Of a stretch of DNA of 64,000 bases, positions 8,281 through 17,748 are shown piece after piece (positions within the stretch are counted from its first letter, which is position 1; every line of letters begins with the position of its first letter). The stretch spans positions 3,648,001 through 3,712,000 of the forward strand of contig CBDASK010000003.1 in NCBI GenBank assembly GCA_965199495.1, given 5' to 3'. A model generated the notes under the pieces. It made no database searches, had not been told where the DNA came from, and was given only the letters and a program-made list of their open reading frames with translations. The stretch comes from Abditibacterium sp. Lineage in GTDB: Bacteria > Armatimonadota > Abditibacteriia > Abditibacteriales > Abditibacteriaceae. The position numbers and the translations under genes were made by a program.

Positions 8281-10365
8281 TTACAAACTGTCTTCGCGTA
8301 GCAGTTGGTCGCCGACATAAACACGCACGAGGGCGGGATCGGAATCGGGGCGCGTGACGTTGACGGTGCGCGAAACGGTGCGGCCCGCCGGGCGCGAGCG
8401 TTGATAAATCGTGCGCTCGCCTTTGCTATCGCGCACCACGATGCGCACGACCTGCGTGCCGCCATCGGTCGGAACTTTGACCGTGATCGTCGCGGTTTTC
8501 GTTTTGAGTTCGTTGCTGGCCGGAGCAGCAATCGCGGGTTTGCTCGAATCGTCCGCGCTGGACGAGGCGCCCGTGGCTGGTTCGAGCGGGGTGAAATCGG
8601 TGCCGCCATCGGGCAACGCTTCCAGACCCGACGCGTTGTTGCCGTTGGCCGCATTGGCGCCGTTGGTCGGGTCAATGACGTCGCCTCCCTGATCCATGCC
8701 GATGCCTTTTTGGGCGTCAATTTCGGTCGGTTGCGGCCCGCGCGAAACAATTAAAGTAATCGGTTCCGAGCGCCGCAACGGCTCACCCGCGTCGGGGTAC
8801 TGGCCGCAAATGTAGCCACGCGGCACGCGCGGATGATACTGCTCGATGGATTGGCCCAATCGCAGACCGTGTTGCAGAATAATCGCGCGCGCCTGTTCCA
8901 GCGAGAGCTTGGAAAAATCCACCATCTTAATCGGCGCGCTGCCCGCCGAAACCGTGACTAAAACTTCGCGTTGTGCGCGCACAAGTTTGCCCTGTTTCGG
9001 CTCGCCCGCCAGCACGGTGCCTTCGGGTTTTTTCGGATCGTAGCTTTCGCGCGCGACTTTCATTTTGAGGCCTTTCTTCGCCAGAGCCGCCTTGGCCGCG
9101 TCCGAACTCAATCCGACGTATTTGGGCACCGTCACTTCGGCGGGGATTTCGCCGAGCCAGTAATTATAAGCGCCCACGACCATGCCGCCGAGCGCGCCGA
9201 ACAACAAAAGCAGGCCCAGCAACGCGCCCAGAGCGCCTCTAAATTCGCGCCATTTATGCTTTTTGCGCGCGCGCTGCAAAACTTCGGCGCGTTTGGCCTC
9301 GGCGTCTTTTGACATAGTTTCGGCCACCACTTCGTCGAGGGGGCGGCGCTTTGGCCCCAGACTTTCCGTGCTTTCCTCGTCTTCGTTCGCTTCTGTTTCC
9401 GGTTCAATTTCGACAATCATCGGGGCACCTGTTGGCGGCGTGGCTGCTACGGCTGGCAACGGCAACGCCGTATCGCGCAGCAACGCTTCCAATTCGGCGG
9501 CGGTCGGGCGCGCGCCGGGGTCTTTATCCAATAGGCGTAGCGCCAACGCGTCCTGCGCCGAACTGATGCGCTCGTTATATTCGGACGGCGCCACGACTTC
9601 GTCGTTGCGATGGCGCGTGGCAATCGCCAAGGCCGAGGCTCCATCGAAGGGCACGCGCCCGCACAGCATGCGATAAAAACAGACGCCCAACGCGTAAATA
9701 TCGGCGGGGCCGGACAAACCCTCGCCCTGCGAACGTTCGGGCGCCAGATAGTGCGCGACTTCGGGTTGCACATCGGCCAACGCCAAACCCGCCGTCGCGA
9801 AGGCTTCAGCCACGCCGCCGTCGGTTAGAACCGGCTTGTCGTCCGCGTCGAACAAAATTTGGCGCGGGCGCACATCGCCGTGGCTCAGTTGGCAGTTGTG
9901 CAGATAGGCCAAAGCGCCCGCGATGTCGGCCAGCCAACCTTGCGCCTGCGTGCCGGAAATCGGGCCGCGCGCCAGACGCGTTTCCAGCGACGGCGCCGCC
10001 AGCCAATCCGTGGTGAAGTAGAGCGTGTCATCCTCGATGTTGACATCGCGCGGCACCGCTAAATGCGGGTGCGATAATGTAGCCCAGCGCTGCGCGCTTT
10101 GCGTGAGCGCGCCCGGCAAACGCGGGTGACGGTTGGCGACCTGCTTGAGCGCCTTGAGCGCCAGCATTGGCGCGGGCGCGCCATTTTTGGGCGCCGCTTT
10201 GTCGGCCCGCTCGCGCACGCGATAGACGATCCACAGTGTGCCTTCGCCGCGCCGTTCGAGAACTTCGTAGCGCGAAGAGCCATCGGCGCGCCCGTTGCGG
10301 CGTCCGTTGCGGGCGCTTTTGCGGCCCGAAGAATCGGTTTGAGCTTTACGCTCTGAGGCTAACAT
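8281..10365 (-). CDS. PknB-like Ser/Thr kinase-fold protein with TM and two PASTA domains; catalytic motifs degenerate
   Basis: Kinase fold (LALKAL, HGDVRPRQILF, TDGG, YLAPE, DIYALG), TM helix, PASTA repeats (VTVPKYVGLS, IKMVDFSKLSLEQA). Confidence 0.85.
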   Translation of the reverse strand: MLASERKAQTDSSGRKSARNGRRNGRADGSSRYEVLERRGEGTLWIVYRVRERADKAAPKNGAPAPMLALKALKQVANRHPRLPGALTQSAQRWATLSHPHLAVPRDVNIEDDTLYFTTDWLAAPSLETRLARGPISGTQAQGWLADIAGALAYLHNCQLSHGDVRPRQILFDADDKPVLTDGGVAEAFATAGLALADVQPEVAHYLAPERSQGEGLSGPADIYALGVCFYRMLCGRVPFDGASALAIATRHRNDEVVAPSEYNERISSAQDALALRLLDKDPGARPTAAELEALLRDTALPLPAVAATPPTGAPMIVEIEPETEANEDEESTESLGPKRRPLDEVVAETMSKDAEAKRAEVLQRARKKHKWREFRGALGALLGLLLLFGALGGMVVGAYNYWLGEIPAEVTVPKYVGLSSDAAKAALAKKGLKMKVARESYDPKKPEGTVLAGEPKQGKLVRAQREVLVTVSAGSAPIKMVDFSKLSLEQARAIILQHGLRLGQSIEQYHPRVPRGYICGQYPDAGEPLRRSEPITLIVSRGPQPTEIDAQKGIGMDQGGDVIDPTNGANAANGNNASGLEALPDGGTDFTPLEPATGASSSADDSSKPAIAAPASNELKTKTATITVKVPTDGGTQVVRIVVRDSKGERTIYQRSRPAGRTVSRTVNVTRPDSDPALVRVYVGDQLLREDSL

Positions 10366-10579
10366 CTCAAAAAATTCTACCTTCTTTAGAACAATTTGCC
10401 TAATTATCGCGCGATTTACGCGAGACAACCCGTCAAGAAAACCCGCGCCCCCGAAAAATTACTTACACTGTGGCAACGCAAACGAGGCGCCCTTCGGACT
10501 GTTCTCGTTTACTTTATAGCAAATGTTAGGCGCTCGCCGGGAGTTCTTGCCCGCGCGGTGGCTGCTCTTCTTTTTACCA

Positions 10580-11290
10580 ATGAATCCCTGGCACGACATT
10601 GATCCGCGCAACGCCTCTTCCGACTTGCTGGACTGCGTTATCGAGATTCCGCGCGGCGGGCGTCTCAAATACGAACTCGACAAAACTTCCGGTCTGCTCC
10701 GTCTGGATCGCGTGTTGTTTTCGGCGGTGTTTTACCCGGCCAATTACGGTTTCATTCCGCGCACCTACTGCGACGACAAAGACCCACTCGATATTTTGGT
10801 TTTGGGCCAAGAACCGGTGATGCCGCTGTGCATCCTAACCGCGCGCCCCATCGGCGTAATGCAGATGGTTGATCAGGACGAGGAAGACGACAAAATCATC
10901 GCGGTTCACGAACACGATCCGGCCTATCATCACCTGCGCGATATTTCGGAATTGCCCGATCACACGTTGCAGGAGTTGCAGCGGTTTTTCGAGGATTACA
11001 AAGCGCTCGAACTGAAAAGCGTGCGCATCGAGCGCTTCAAAAATCGCGAGGGCGCTCAAAAAATTATTGATAAAGCGTTCGAGCTTTACGAAGAAACGTT
11101 CAACTTCACGCCCGACCCGCTGGCGCCCGCGCCCGTCGAAGAACCGAAACCCAAACCCGGCGCGACGCCTTCGATGAAAGCGCGTTTGCAAGCGGCCCAG
11201 CGCGCTGCCAATGTGCTTTCGGCGGGCGACGCGCAGCAACGCGATCACGCCGCGCGCGAAGGTAAAGGTGGCGACGAAGTGGACGATTGA
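10580..11290 (+). CDS. ppa: Family I inorganic pyrophosphatase with C-terminal extension
   Basis: [40 protein letters not shown]. Confidence 0.95.
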   Translation: MNPWHDIDPRNASSDLLDCVIEIPRGGRLKYELDKTSGLLRLDRVLFSAVFYPANYGFIPRTYCDDKDPLDILVLGQEPVMPLCILTARPIGVMQMVDQDEEDDKIIAVHEHDPAYHHLRDISELPDHTLQELQRFFEDYKALELKSVRIERFKNREGAQKIIDKAFELYEETFNFTPDPLAPAPVEEPKPKPGATPSMKARLQAAQRAANVLSAGDAQQRDHAAREGKGGDEVDD

Positions 11291-11331
11291 GGCATGGATT
11301 GCAATGGTTCAGTTCCGTCGAAATTTGTCCT

Positions 11332-11415
11332 GTTCTGCGGGGCTGACGCCCTCTTCCAATCGGCGGACTTTCAGAAAATTTTACTGATTGGAAGAGGGCG
11401 TCAGCCCCGCAGAAC
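11332..11415. repeat. Inverted repeat, family C (GCGGGGCTGACGCCCTCTTCCAATC)
   Basis: 30-bp perfect arms at 11332-11361 and 11386-11415. Confidence 0.85.
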
Positions 11416-12103
11416 GCTCCAAACCGCGCATCACCCACGCTTGCGCCGCGACACAACCGACCGCCGCATAAACCACGATTTTCTGGCTGGTCGCCTGAAC
11501 TGCTAATCCCATCGCGGTATCGGTGTTCGGCCCGCGCCAAATCAATAATAAATAGGCGAACAGTAAAATCGTGAAAACGCCGATAAATTTCACCAACAAA
11601 CGCGGGAACTCTGGGCGCTTGGAAACGATGGCGCCAGAAGAGAGCGAAGCCAACAAGAAAAAGCGAAACGCCCACACCACGAAAAATCCATGACGGTAAG
11701 ACGCCAAATCGGCGGTGTTGAGCGCGACGCCAACGAAGCAATAGCCCGCAGCCACGCCGCAAGCAGCCACGGCGGCGATGGCGCAATCAGCGAGCAGGAC
11801 GCGCGCCGTGGCTGTGCGCCAGAGGGCGCGCGCCAAAGTCAGATGAAATATCGCCAGCGCTGCGCCCGCCGCGCTTAACGCGAATTTGAATAACAGCGCC
11901 GCAGTCGCGTTGGGCGCGCCATTGCGCGCCGTCGTGCGGCCCAAATCGCTGAAGAAATTGAGCCAGAAATGATAGCCCGCGCTGTGCGCGTCAATTGAAG
12001 TTCCGCCCGCATAAAATGGCATCGCCAGCGCGGTCAAAACTACAAACAGCGCGCACGCGGCTAAAACAAGGTCGAAGCAGAAACGCTCCCCACGATTTTT
12101 CAT
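11381..12103 (-). CDS. Multi-pass membrane protein (DUF998-like)
   Basis: About 6 hydrophobic helices; YAGG...GYHFWLNFFSDLG motif. Confidence 0.7.
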   Translation of the reverse strand: MKNRGERFCFDLVLAACALFVVLTALAMPFYAGGTSIDAHSAGYHFWLNFFSDLGRTTARNGAPNATAALLFKFALSAAGAALAIFHLTLARALWRTATARVLLADCAIAAVAACGVAAGYCFVGVALNTADLASYRHGFFVVWAFRFFLLASLSSGAIVSKRPEFPRLLVKFIGVFTILLFAYLLLIWRGPNTDTAMGLAVQATSQKIVVYAAVGCVAAQAWVMRGLERSAGLTPSSNQ

Positions 12104-12187
12104 CGCACGCTTTGACGCTTTAACGCGGGCAAGAGCCGACATCGAAACGCGCGAAAGCGTTAAAATATGGCGGGCAAAAACTTTTTT

Positions 12188-12577
12188 ATGCGCACACTTT
12201 TGTTAATGATGTTAGCGGGAGCGTTGGGCGCGGGCGCGCGCTACGGCCTGACGCTGTGGATTCAAAACGGCCCCGGCGCGCTTTTTAATTTCCCCTTGGG
12301 CACGCTGGTAATTAACGTCGTGGGTTGCCTGTTACTCAGCGTGATTACGACCATCGGTCTGGCGCGCGCCGCGCCCGATATGCGATTGATTCTGGGGACG
12401 GGTTTTTGCGGCGCCTTCACCACGTTTTCGACGTTTGAACTCGAAGCCGAAGAATTGTTGGGACGCGCGCCCAAAGCCGCCGTGATTTATGTCGGTGGCA
12501 ATTTGGTTCTGGGTTTTGGCGCGATATTTCTGGGCCGTTGGCTGGCGATGCAAATTTTGGAGCGGCTTTCGCCATGA
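12188..12577 (+). CDS. crcB: Fluoride efflux channel Fluc/CrcB
   Basis: GALGAGARY, FPLGTLVINVVGC, GFCGAFTTFSTF. Confidence 0.95.
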   Translation: MRTLLLMMLAGALGAGARYGLTLWIQNGPGALFNFPLGTLVINVVGCLLLSVITTIGLARAAPDMRLILGTGFCGAFTTFSTFELEAEELLGRAPKAAVIYVGGNLVLGFGAIFLGRWLAMQILERLSP

Positions 12578-14565
12578 AAAGTTTGGCGCGTTTCGGAAAG
12601 TTCGTAGGCCGATTCTGGCCATTGTGGCTGGTGTGCGTCGTCATCGGGGCCATCCCAGTTTCGCGCGATGTGGCGCGGCGGCATCTCGTCGGCTCGATTT
12701 ATGATTCCTATTCGGAGTTTTCACTGCGCTCTTTGTGGCGCGATATCTTCGGCAATCGGGATCACGATGTCGCCAATCCTTTGCCCGCCGTCAGCCAGCA
12801 TCCGCGCGACCTCGATTTGGCGTTGTGGGAAGCGCTCTGGAATAGCGACGGATTTTATATCCGAGGCCGCGACACTAATTATTCTCGCGATTTGAACGGG
12901 CTGGTCAAAAAATTCCCTGACCAAATACTCGCTTACGCGCCGATTTTGCAAAACGAGTTGGAAATTTACGCGTGGAGCAACAGCTTTCGTCAGGGACAAT
13001 CGCCGCCCAATTCTCTGAGCAATACGCAGTTGCGCGACTTGGCAAAACGCGCGCGCCAGTTGGAGCCGAATAACGCGCTGTGGCCGGTCGCACAGGCGAT
13101 GAGCGCCTCGCGTCGGGGCGACAACGCGGAAACTTTAAAATTGTTGCAAATCGCGGCGCGTTGCCCGCTTTACGACGACAAAACGCTCGAAATCACGCGA
13201 CGCGTTTTGAAGGCGCACGAGCGTTATGGCGCGTTGCAAGATTACGAAAAGCGCGCGATTGCAAAAACACTGCGCCAGAGCAATAACGGCTCTGCGGGCG
13301 ATACGATTCAATTTTGGGCCAAACACGCCGCCGCCTTGCGTCGCAACGGCAAGCACGCCGAAGCGTTGCAATGGAGCGCGGCGCTGGCGGGCATCGGCAC
13401 CCTGATGCAGCGCGACCCGAATTCGAGCGCGACGATTGCGGATGGCAACGACTGGCAACAGTGGGCATGGAGCATGGGTGGGCAGGGCAGCAAAAAGCTC
13501 TCGGTCAGCGAACGTTTCGCGGGCTATGCCATTACTCAGGGCCGCGCCGACATAGCAGCCACGGCGCGCGCTCAGAAAAAGCAATCGAACTCGACGAGCC
13601 AGCTTTTGGCGAGCGCGGCGGGCGATGGCGGTTGGAACCGTTGGCAGGGCGAACTCTGGCTCAACCCCGACGGTTTACTGGGCACTCTATCGTTGCTTGA
13701 AATCTTTGGATTCGGCCTCATTCTGGCGAGCTTTTATCTGCTCGGTTGGTGGCTGGCCGCCAACCTTTTGCTGTGGCGCGCGAGCGGCGCGCCCTCGACG
13801 CGCGCCGCGCGGGTTTCGCTTTCGTTCGTTGTTGTCGCGGTTTTGCTTTTGATGGCGACGGCGGGCCTGAGCTGGATGGTTTTCCACCAGCAAAGTGGGC
13901 GGGTCACTAATGCTCATTTCGACGCTTACCAAAACGGGTTCGGTTCGCTCATGGTATTCAGCTTTTTGGGCGCACCGTTCGTGCTGGCGCTCGCCGTGGC
14001 TGCTCTGACGCTGTGGCGCCAGCGCGAGCGTTTCGATTTATCTCCGCGCGTGGATATGGAATTGGCGCTACCGAATTGGGCGCGCGCGTTGCTGCGTTGG
14101 TTTTTGCCGATGGGCGTTGTGGCCACGCTGTTGTTTTTCATCGGCGGTTGGACATTGTGGATAACCGCTTCGTGGAACGATTGGGGCAACGTGGATTTGC
14201 TGGCCCAATTGCCGCCCGACCGCAACGGCGTCACCGGTTCGTTGATGTGGAACTTGAAAGATGATCCGACTCCTTTTATTTACGGCATTTTCATGTGCTT
14301 CATTTGTTTCGCGGTTTGGTTCGCCAAATGGCGCTGGGCGACCGCGCGCGATTTGCGCCCCTTCACTCAGGGCGCGTTGCGTTGGTGGAAAGAGTCGCTG
14401 GGTTGCACTCTTGTCGTTTTGTTCTGGACTTATTTCGCCATTGCTTTGGTCGGCTGGCCAATACACAATCGCGCCGATGCGCGTTTGGAGCGCGTTTTGT
14501 CGCACGGAGACATCACGGTTTTGCGCGAATTGCGGGCAGTTACGAAACCTACGAACAAAACCTGA
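12574..14565 (+). CDS. Hypothetical membrane protein (helical extracytoplasmic domain plus about 6 C-terminal TMs)
   Basis: Long ORF whose ATG overlaps the crcB stop (ATGA); hydrophobic C-terminal half. Confidence 0.7.
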   Translation: MKSLARFGKFVGRFWPLWLVCVVIGAIPVSRDVARRHLVGSIYDSYSEFSLRSLWRDIFGNRDHDVANPLPAVSQHPRDLDLALWEALWNSDGFYIRGRDTNYSRDLNGLVKKFPDQILAYAPILQNELEIYAWSNSFRQGQSPPNSLSNTQLRDLAKRARQLEPNNALWPVAQAMSASRRGDNAETLKLLQIAARCPLYDDKTLEITRRVLKAHERYGALQDYEKRAIAKTLRQSNNGSAGDTIQFWAKHAAALRRNGKHAEALQWSAALAGIGTLMQRDPNSSATIADGNDWQQWAWSMGGQGSKKLSVSERFAGYAITQGRADIAATARAQKKQSNSTSQLLASAAGDGGWNRWQGELWLNPDGLLGTLSLLEIFGFGLILASFYLLGWWLAANLLLWRASGAPSTRAARVSLSFVVVAVLLLMATAGLSWMVFHQQSGRVTNAHFDAYQNGFGSLMVFSFLGAPFVLALAVAALTLWRQRERFDLSPRVDMELALPNWARALLRWFLPMGVVATLLFFIGGWTLWITASWNDWGNVDLLAQLPPDRNGVTGSLMWNLKDDPTPFIYGIFMCFICFAVWFAKWRWATARDLRPFTQGALRWWKESLGCTLVVLFWTYFAIALVGWPIHNRADARLERVLSHGDITVLRELRAVTKPTNKT

Positions 14566-14729
14566 GCGAACTCCTAATTATCTGAAACGAAACTCGATAC
14601 AGCGCGCCTTATCTAAACTCCGCTTTGCCGTTGCCAGTTCGCGTTTTGCGGCATCTCAAGCCGTTCAGTTGTAAAATTAATCGGGTTTGCTGCCTTTTTA
14701 TTGGCGCGCAAACACCCATTCGCGTTCTT

Positions 14730-16019
14730 ATGCCTCAAGCCTCATCCATCGCAGCTCCCCGTCCGGCTCACGCTTCCTACTCCGAAACTCAGTCGCAACG
14801 CGCCCGGCGCGTCTCGCTCGATTTGATGCGCGAGTTGAAGCCGATTTTAAATTCGCGGTGCCGGGTCAAGTTGTGGGACGGTTCGTTTTATCCCAGCGAC
14901 GAGGCGCGCGATTGCACGGTGACGCTGCGCCATCCCGGCTCGATGCGCGGGATGTTCATGGCGCACAACGGCATCACGTTGGCCGAAACTTATATTCGCG
15001 ATTTGTGGAATTGGGAAGGCGACCGCGAGGCGATGTTCGAGTTAATCGAGGCGATTGGCGCCGAGCCGTATTCCAACCTGCGCAAACTGCATCTGGGCGC
15101 GCAACTGCTGCGTTTGCCCAAGCCCGACGCGACGCAGCCACGGCGCTGGCGTAAGCGCGCGCAGTTGAGCGGAAAACCGCACTCCATCGAGCGCAGTAAG
15201 GCGGCGGTGGCTTATCATTACAACGTCGGCACCGATTTTTATGCCGAGTTTCTCGATGCCAACATGGTTTACAGTTGCGGCATCTTCCAAGACGGCGACA
15301 CGCTCGAACAGGCGCAAATTCGTAAGTTGGACGGCATTTGTCAGACGCTGAAATTACAACGCGGCCAACGCGTTTTGGATGTCGGCTGCGGTTGGGGCGG
15401 TTTCATGCTGCACGCCGCGCGTAACTACGGCGTCGAAGTCACGGGCATTACTTTGTCGCAGCCGCAATGCGACGAAGCCAATCTTCGCATCCAAGCGGCG
15501 GGTTTGGAACAGACGTGTCGCGCCATCGTGTGCGATTATCGCGAAATCGCGAACTGGGAACATTTCGATGCCATTGCTTCGATTGAAATGTTCGAGCACG
15601 TTGGGCGCGAAATGCTCGAAACTTATTTCGAGCGCGCGCGCCATTTGCTCAAGCCGGGCGGTCTGTTTTTGAATCAGGGCACGACCGTGCAAATCGAGGA
15701 AGGCCGCAAGAATTATCCGAGTTTCATTAAACAATACGTTTTTCCCGACGGCGAAGTTTTGCCCATCGAAACCTCGATTCACGCCAGCGAAAAAGCCGGT
15801 TTCGAGGTTTTATCCAATATTTCGATTCGCGAACATTACGTCAAAACCTGCGACGCTTGGGTAAAAAATCTGGAAGACAATTACGATTCTGCCAGCCATA
15901 TCGTCGGCGACCCGACATGGCGCATCTGGCATTTATATACCGCGATTTCGGGTTATAGTTTTCGCACGGGCCGCTGCAATTGCTATCAAACGTTGATGAA
16001 GAAAAGCGATTTGAAATAA
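14730..16019 (+). CDS. cfa: Cyclopropane-fatty-acyl-phospholipid synthase family methyltransferase
   Basis: AYHYNVGTDFY, MVYSCG, VLDVGCGWGG, GITLSQPQ, SIEMFEHVG, YVFPDGE. Confidence 0.92.
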   Translation: MPQASSIAAPRPAHASYSETQSQRARRVSLDLMRELKPILNSRCRVKLWDGSFYPSDEARDCTVTLRHPGSMRGMFMAHNGITLAETYIRDLWNWEGDREAMFELIEAIGAEPYSNLRKLHLGAQLLRLPKPDATQPRRWRKRAQLSGKPHSIERSKAAVAYHYNVGTDFYAEFLDANMVYSCGIFQDGDTLEQAQIRKLDGICQTLKLQRGQRVLDVGCGWGGFMLHAARNYGVEVTGITLSQPQCDEANLRIQAAGLEQTCRAIVCDYREIANWEHFDAIASIEMFEHVGREMLETYFERARHLLKPGGLFLNQGTTVQIEEGRKNYPSFIKQYVFPDGEVLPIETSIHASEKAGFEVLSNISIREHYVKTCDAWVKNLEDNYDSASHIVGDPTWRIWHLYTAISGYSFRTGRCNCYQTLMKKSDLK

Positions 16020-16028
16020 GAGATTGGG

Positions 16029-16197
16029 CGTAATTCCCTCACCCGCCTTCGTAAAACTCAGGCACCCTCTCCCGGAGGGAGAAGGTTATCTGCGGGCCTC
16101 ATTGTCGAGAGTTTTGTTAAAAATTGAAGCGCCAGAATAACCTTCTCCCTCCGGGAGAGGGTGCCTGAGTTTTACGAAGGCGGGTGAGGGAATTACG
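16029..16197. repeat. Inverted repeat, family D (CCCTCACCC...CCCTCTCCC...GGGAGAAGG)
   Basis: 61-bp perfect arms at 16029-16089 and 16137-16197, between convergent genes. Confidence 0.85.
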
Positions 16198-16204
16198 TAA
16201 TCGC

Positions 16205-17617
16205 CTACCATTTCGGCAGCGATTTCTTCTTCAACGGAACCGGCACTTTGACCGCTTCCGATTTTTCCTCAACAATTACAACCGGTTCGGCCTCCACAAC
16301 TTTTGGCGCAATTTCAACGATTTTCGGCGCTTCGACAACTGGCGCCATAACTTCAACTGGTTCTTCAATCGGCTCGACGGCAATAGCAGCCACGGCGACT
16401 TCCAACTTTTCTAATTTCGGTGTTTGCGCTTCAACAACCGCAGGTTTCAATAAATTAACTTGTGACTCCGCGTCTTGCGCGGCGCGCTCGCGGCGTTTTT
16501 CGGCTTCGGCGGCTTCGCGTTGCGATTGCAATTCGCGCAGTTCGCGCAGCATGGATTCGTCGAAACCTTCGCTGGTGCCAAACTTGGTGCGATAACGATT
16601 CTCGCGTTCTTCGTCTTCCGCGACTTCCACTGTTTCTGGCGCAGCAACGGCGATTTGGGGCGCCGGTTCGCTTGCGGAATTGGGAGCGGTCAATTCCAAA
16701 TCGAGCAGCGCTTGCGGATGGTCGGGCGCTTGCAAAATCAACCAGATGAGCGCGAGCAGAACCGGCAGCAAAAAAAACGAGCCTTCGGCGCCGAAACTGC
16801 CGCCCGAAAGCCAGTTGTTCGCGTTGGCTTTCACGTCCAACAACTGAAACGTTTTGATGCCCGAAACCGGCAGCGAAAACAGACAGCCCAGCGAAAAATT
16901 CCACGCCGCGTGAAAGCCAATCGGGAACCACAGCGAACCAGTTTTGCGATAAGACAACGCGAAGAAAATGCCGATGAGAAATATCGAAGGCATCGCGCCC
17001 AGCGCCGCCAGACGCGCCTCGTCGGACGCCGTGGCGACATTGCCCAGATGAATCAAGGCAAAGACCGCCGCCTGCAAAAATACGGCGCCTTTCCAGCCCA
17101 ACCAATCGGTCAGATTATGCAGCGCGTAGCCGCGAAACACGAACTCCTCGAAAAAACCGACGCACGCGAACGCGATGATATAACCCAGCAAAGAAAAGAG
17201 GGCGGTCGGGCTTTGGGCTGCCGCGCTAAAACCGCTCACCGAAATTGCGCCCGTCAGCCACAAAATCGCCCAGATGACCGCGATAGAAAGAAAGCCCGTT
17301 ACCGCGCCGCGCCCCAGATTGGAGCCGACGCGAGAACGCCGCAAACCCAGCGAGACAAAAGAACGTTTGTCGAGTTTGGCGCGACAAAAGCCCAGCCATA
17401 ACAGACCCGCCGGATAAACGAAAAGCGTCAGAACTAACGCGTTGGTTTCGGTCGCGTCGGTCAGTTGACCAATGATTTTATCAACCGGCACGCCCGGCGA
17501 GCGCGCCATCAAGACGCCGATGCAAACCGCCGCCAACGCCAAACCAGCCACGACCATCGTGATAAACAAACCGAGAGCCGCGATGAGCAAACGCGCGAAC
17601 GGGTGAAGGCGAGACAT
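16205..17617 (-). CDS. CPBP (Abi/CAAX) family intramembrane metalloprotease with acidic C-terminal tail
   Basis: FFEEFVFRGY, FALIHLGN, SLWFPIGFHAAWN, GGSFGAEGS. Confidence 0.9.
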   Translation of the reverse strand: MSRLHPFARLLIAALGLFITMVVAGLALAAVCIGVLMARSPGVPVDKIIGQLTDATETNALVLTLFVYPAGLLWLGFCRAKLDKRSFVSLGLRRSRVGSNLGRGAVTGFLSIAVIWAILWLTGAISVSGFSAAAQSPTALFSLLGYIIAFACVGFFEEFVFRGYALHNLTDWLGWKGAVFLQAAVFALIHLGNVATASDEARLAALGAMPSIFLIGIFFALSYRKTGSLWFPIGFHAAWNFSLGCLFSLPVSGIKTFQLLDVKANANNWLSGGSFGAEGSFFLLPVLLALIWLILQAPDHPQALLDLELTAPNSASEPAPQIAVAAPETVEVAEDEERENRYRTKFGTSEGFDESMLRELRELQSQREAAEAEKRRERAAQDAESQVNLLKPAVVEAQTPKLEKLEVAVAAIAVEPIEEPVEVMAPVVEAPKIVEIAPKVVEAEPVVIVEEKSEAVKVPVPLKKKSLPKW

Positions 17618-17620
17618 TTT

Positions 17621-17746
17621 TCAGGAGACAGAAGACAGGAGACGGGAGACAGAGAGAGTTGATGCGCGTCGGAACGCTGCTGTTACTGCGCAACGTTCCG
17701 ACGCGCATTAACTTCTGTCTCCTGTTTTCCGTCTCCTGTCTCCTGA
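17621..17746. repeat. Family E heptamer arrays in inverted orientation enclosing a hairpin
   Basis: (CAGGAGA/CAGAAGA/CGGGAGA)n ... ATGCGCGTCGGAACG / CGTTCCGACGCGCAT ... (TCTCCTG)n. Confidence 0.8.
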
Positions 17747-17748
17747 TG

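Noticed and set aside
12104..12187. Fluoride riboswitch upstream of crcB
   Set aside because: The conserved GGCGATGG...TGATG pseudoknot core is not visible.
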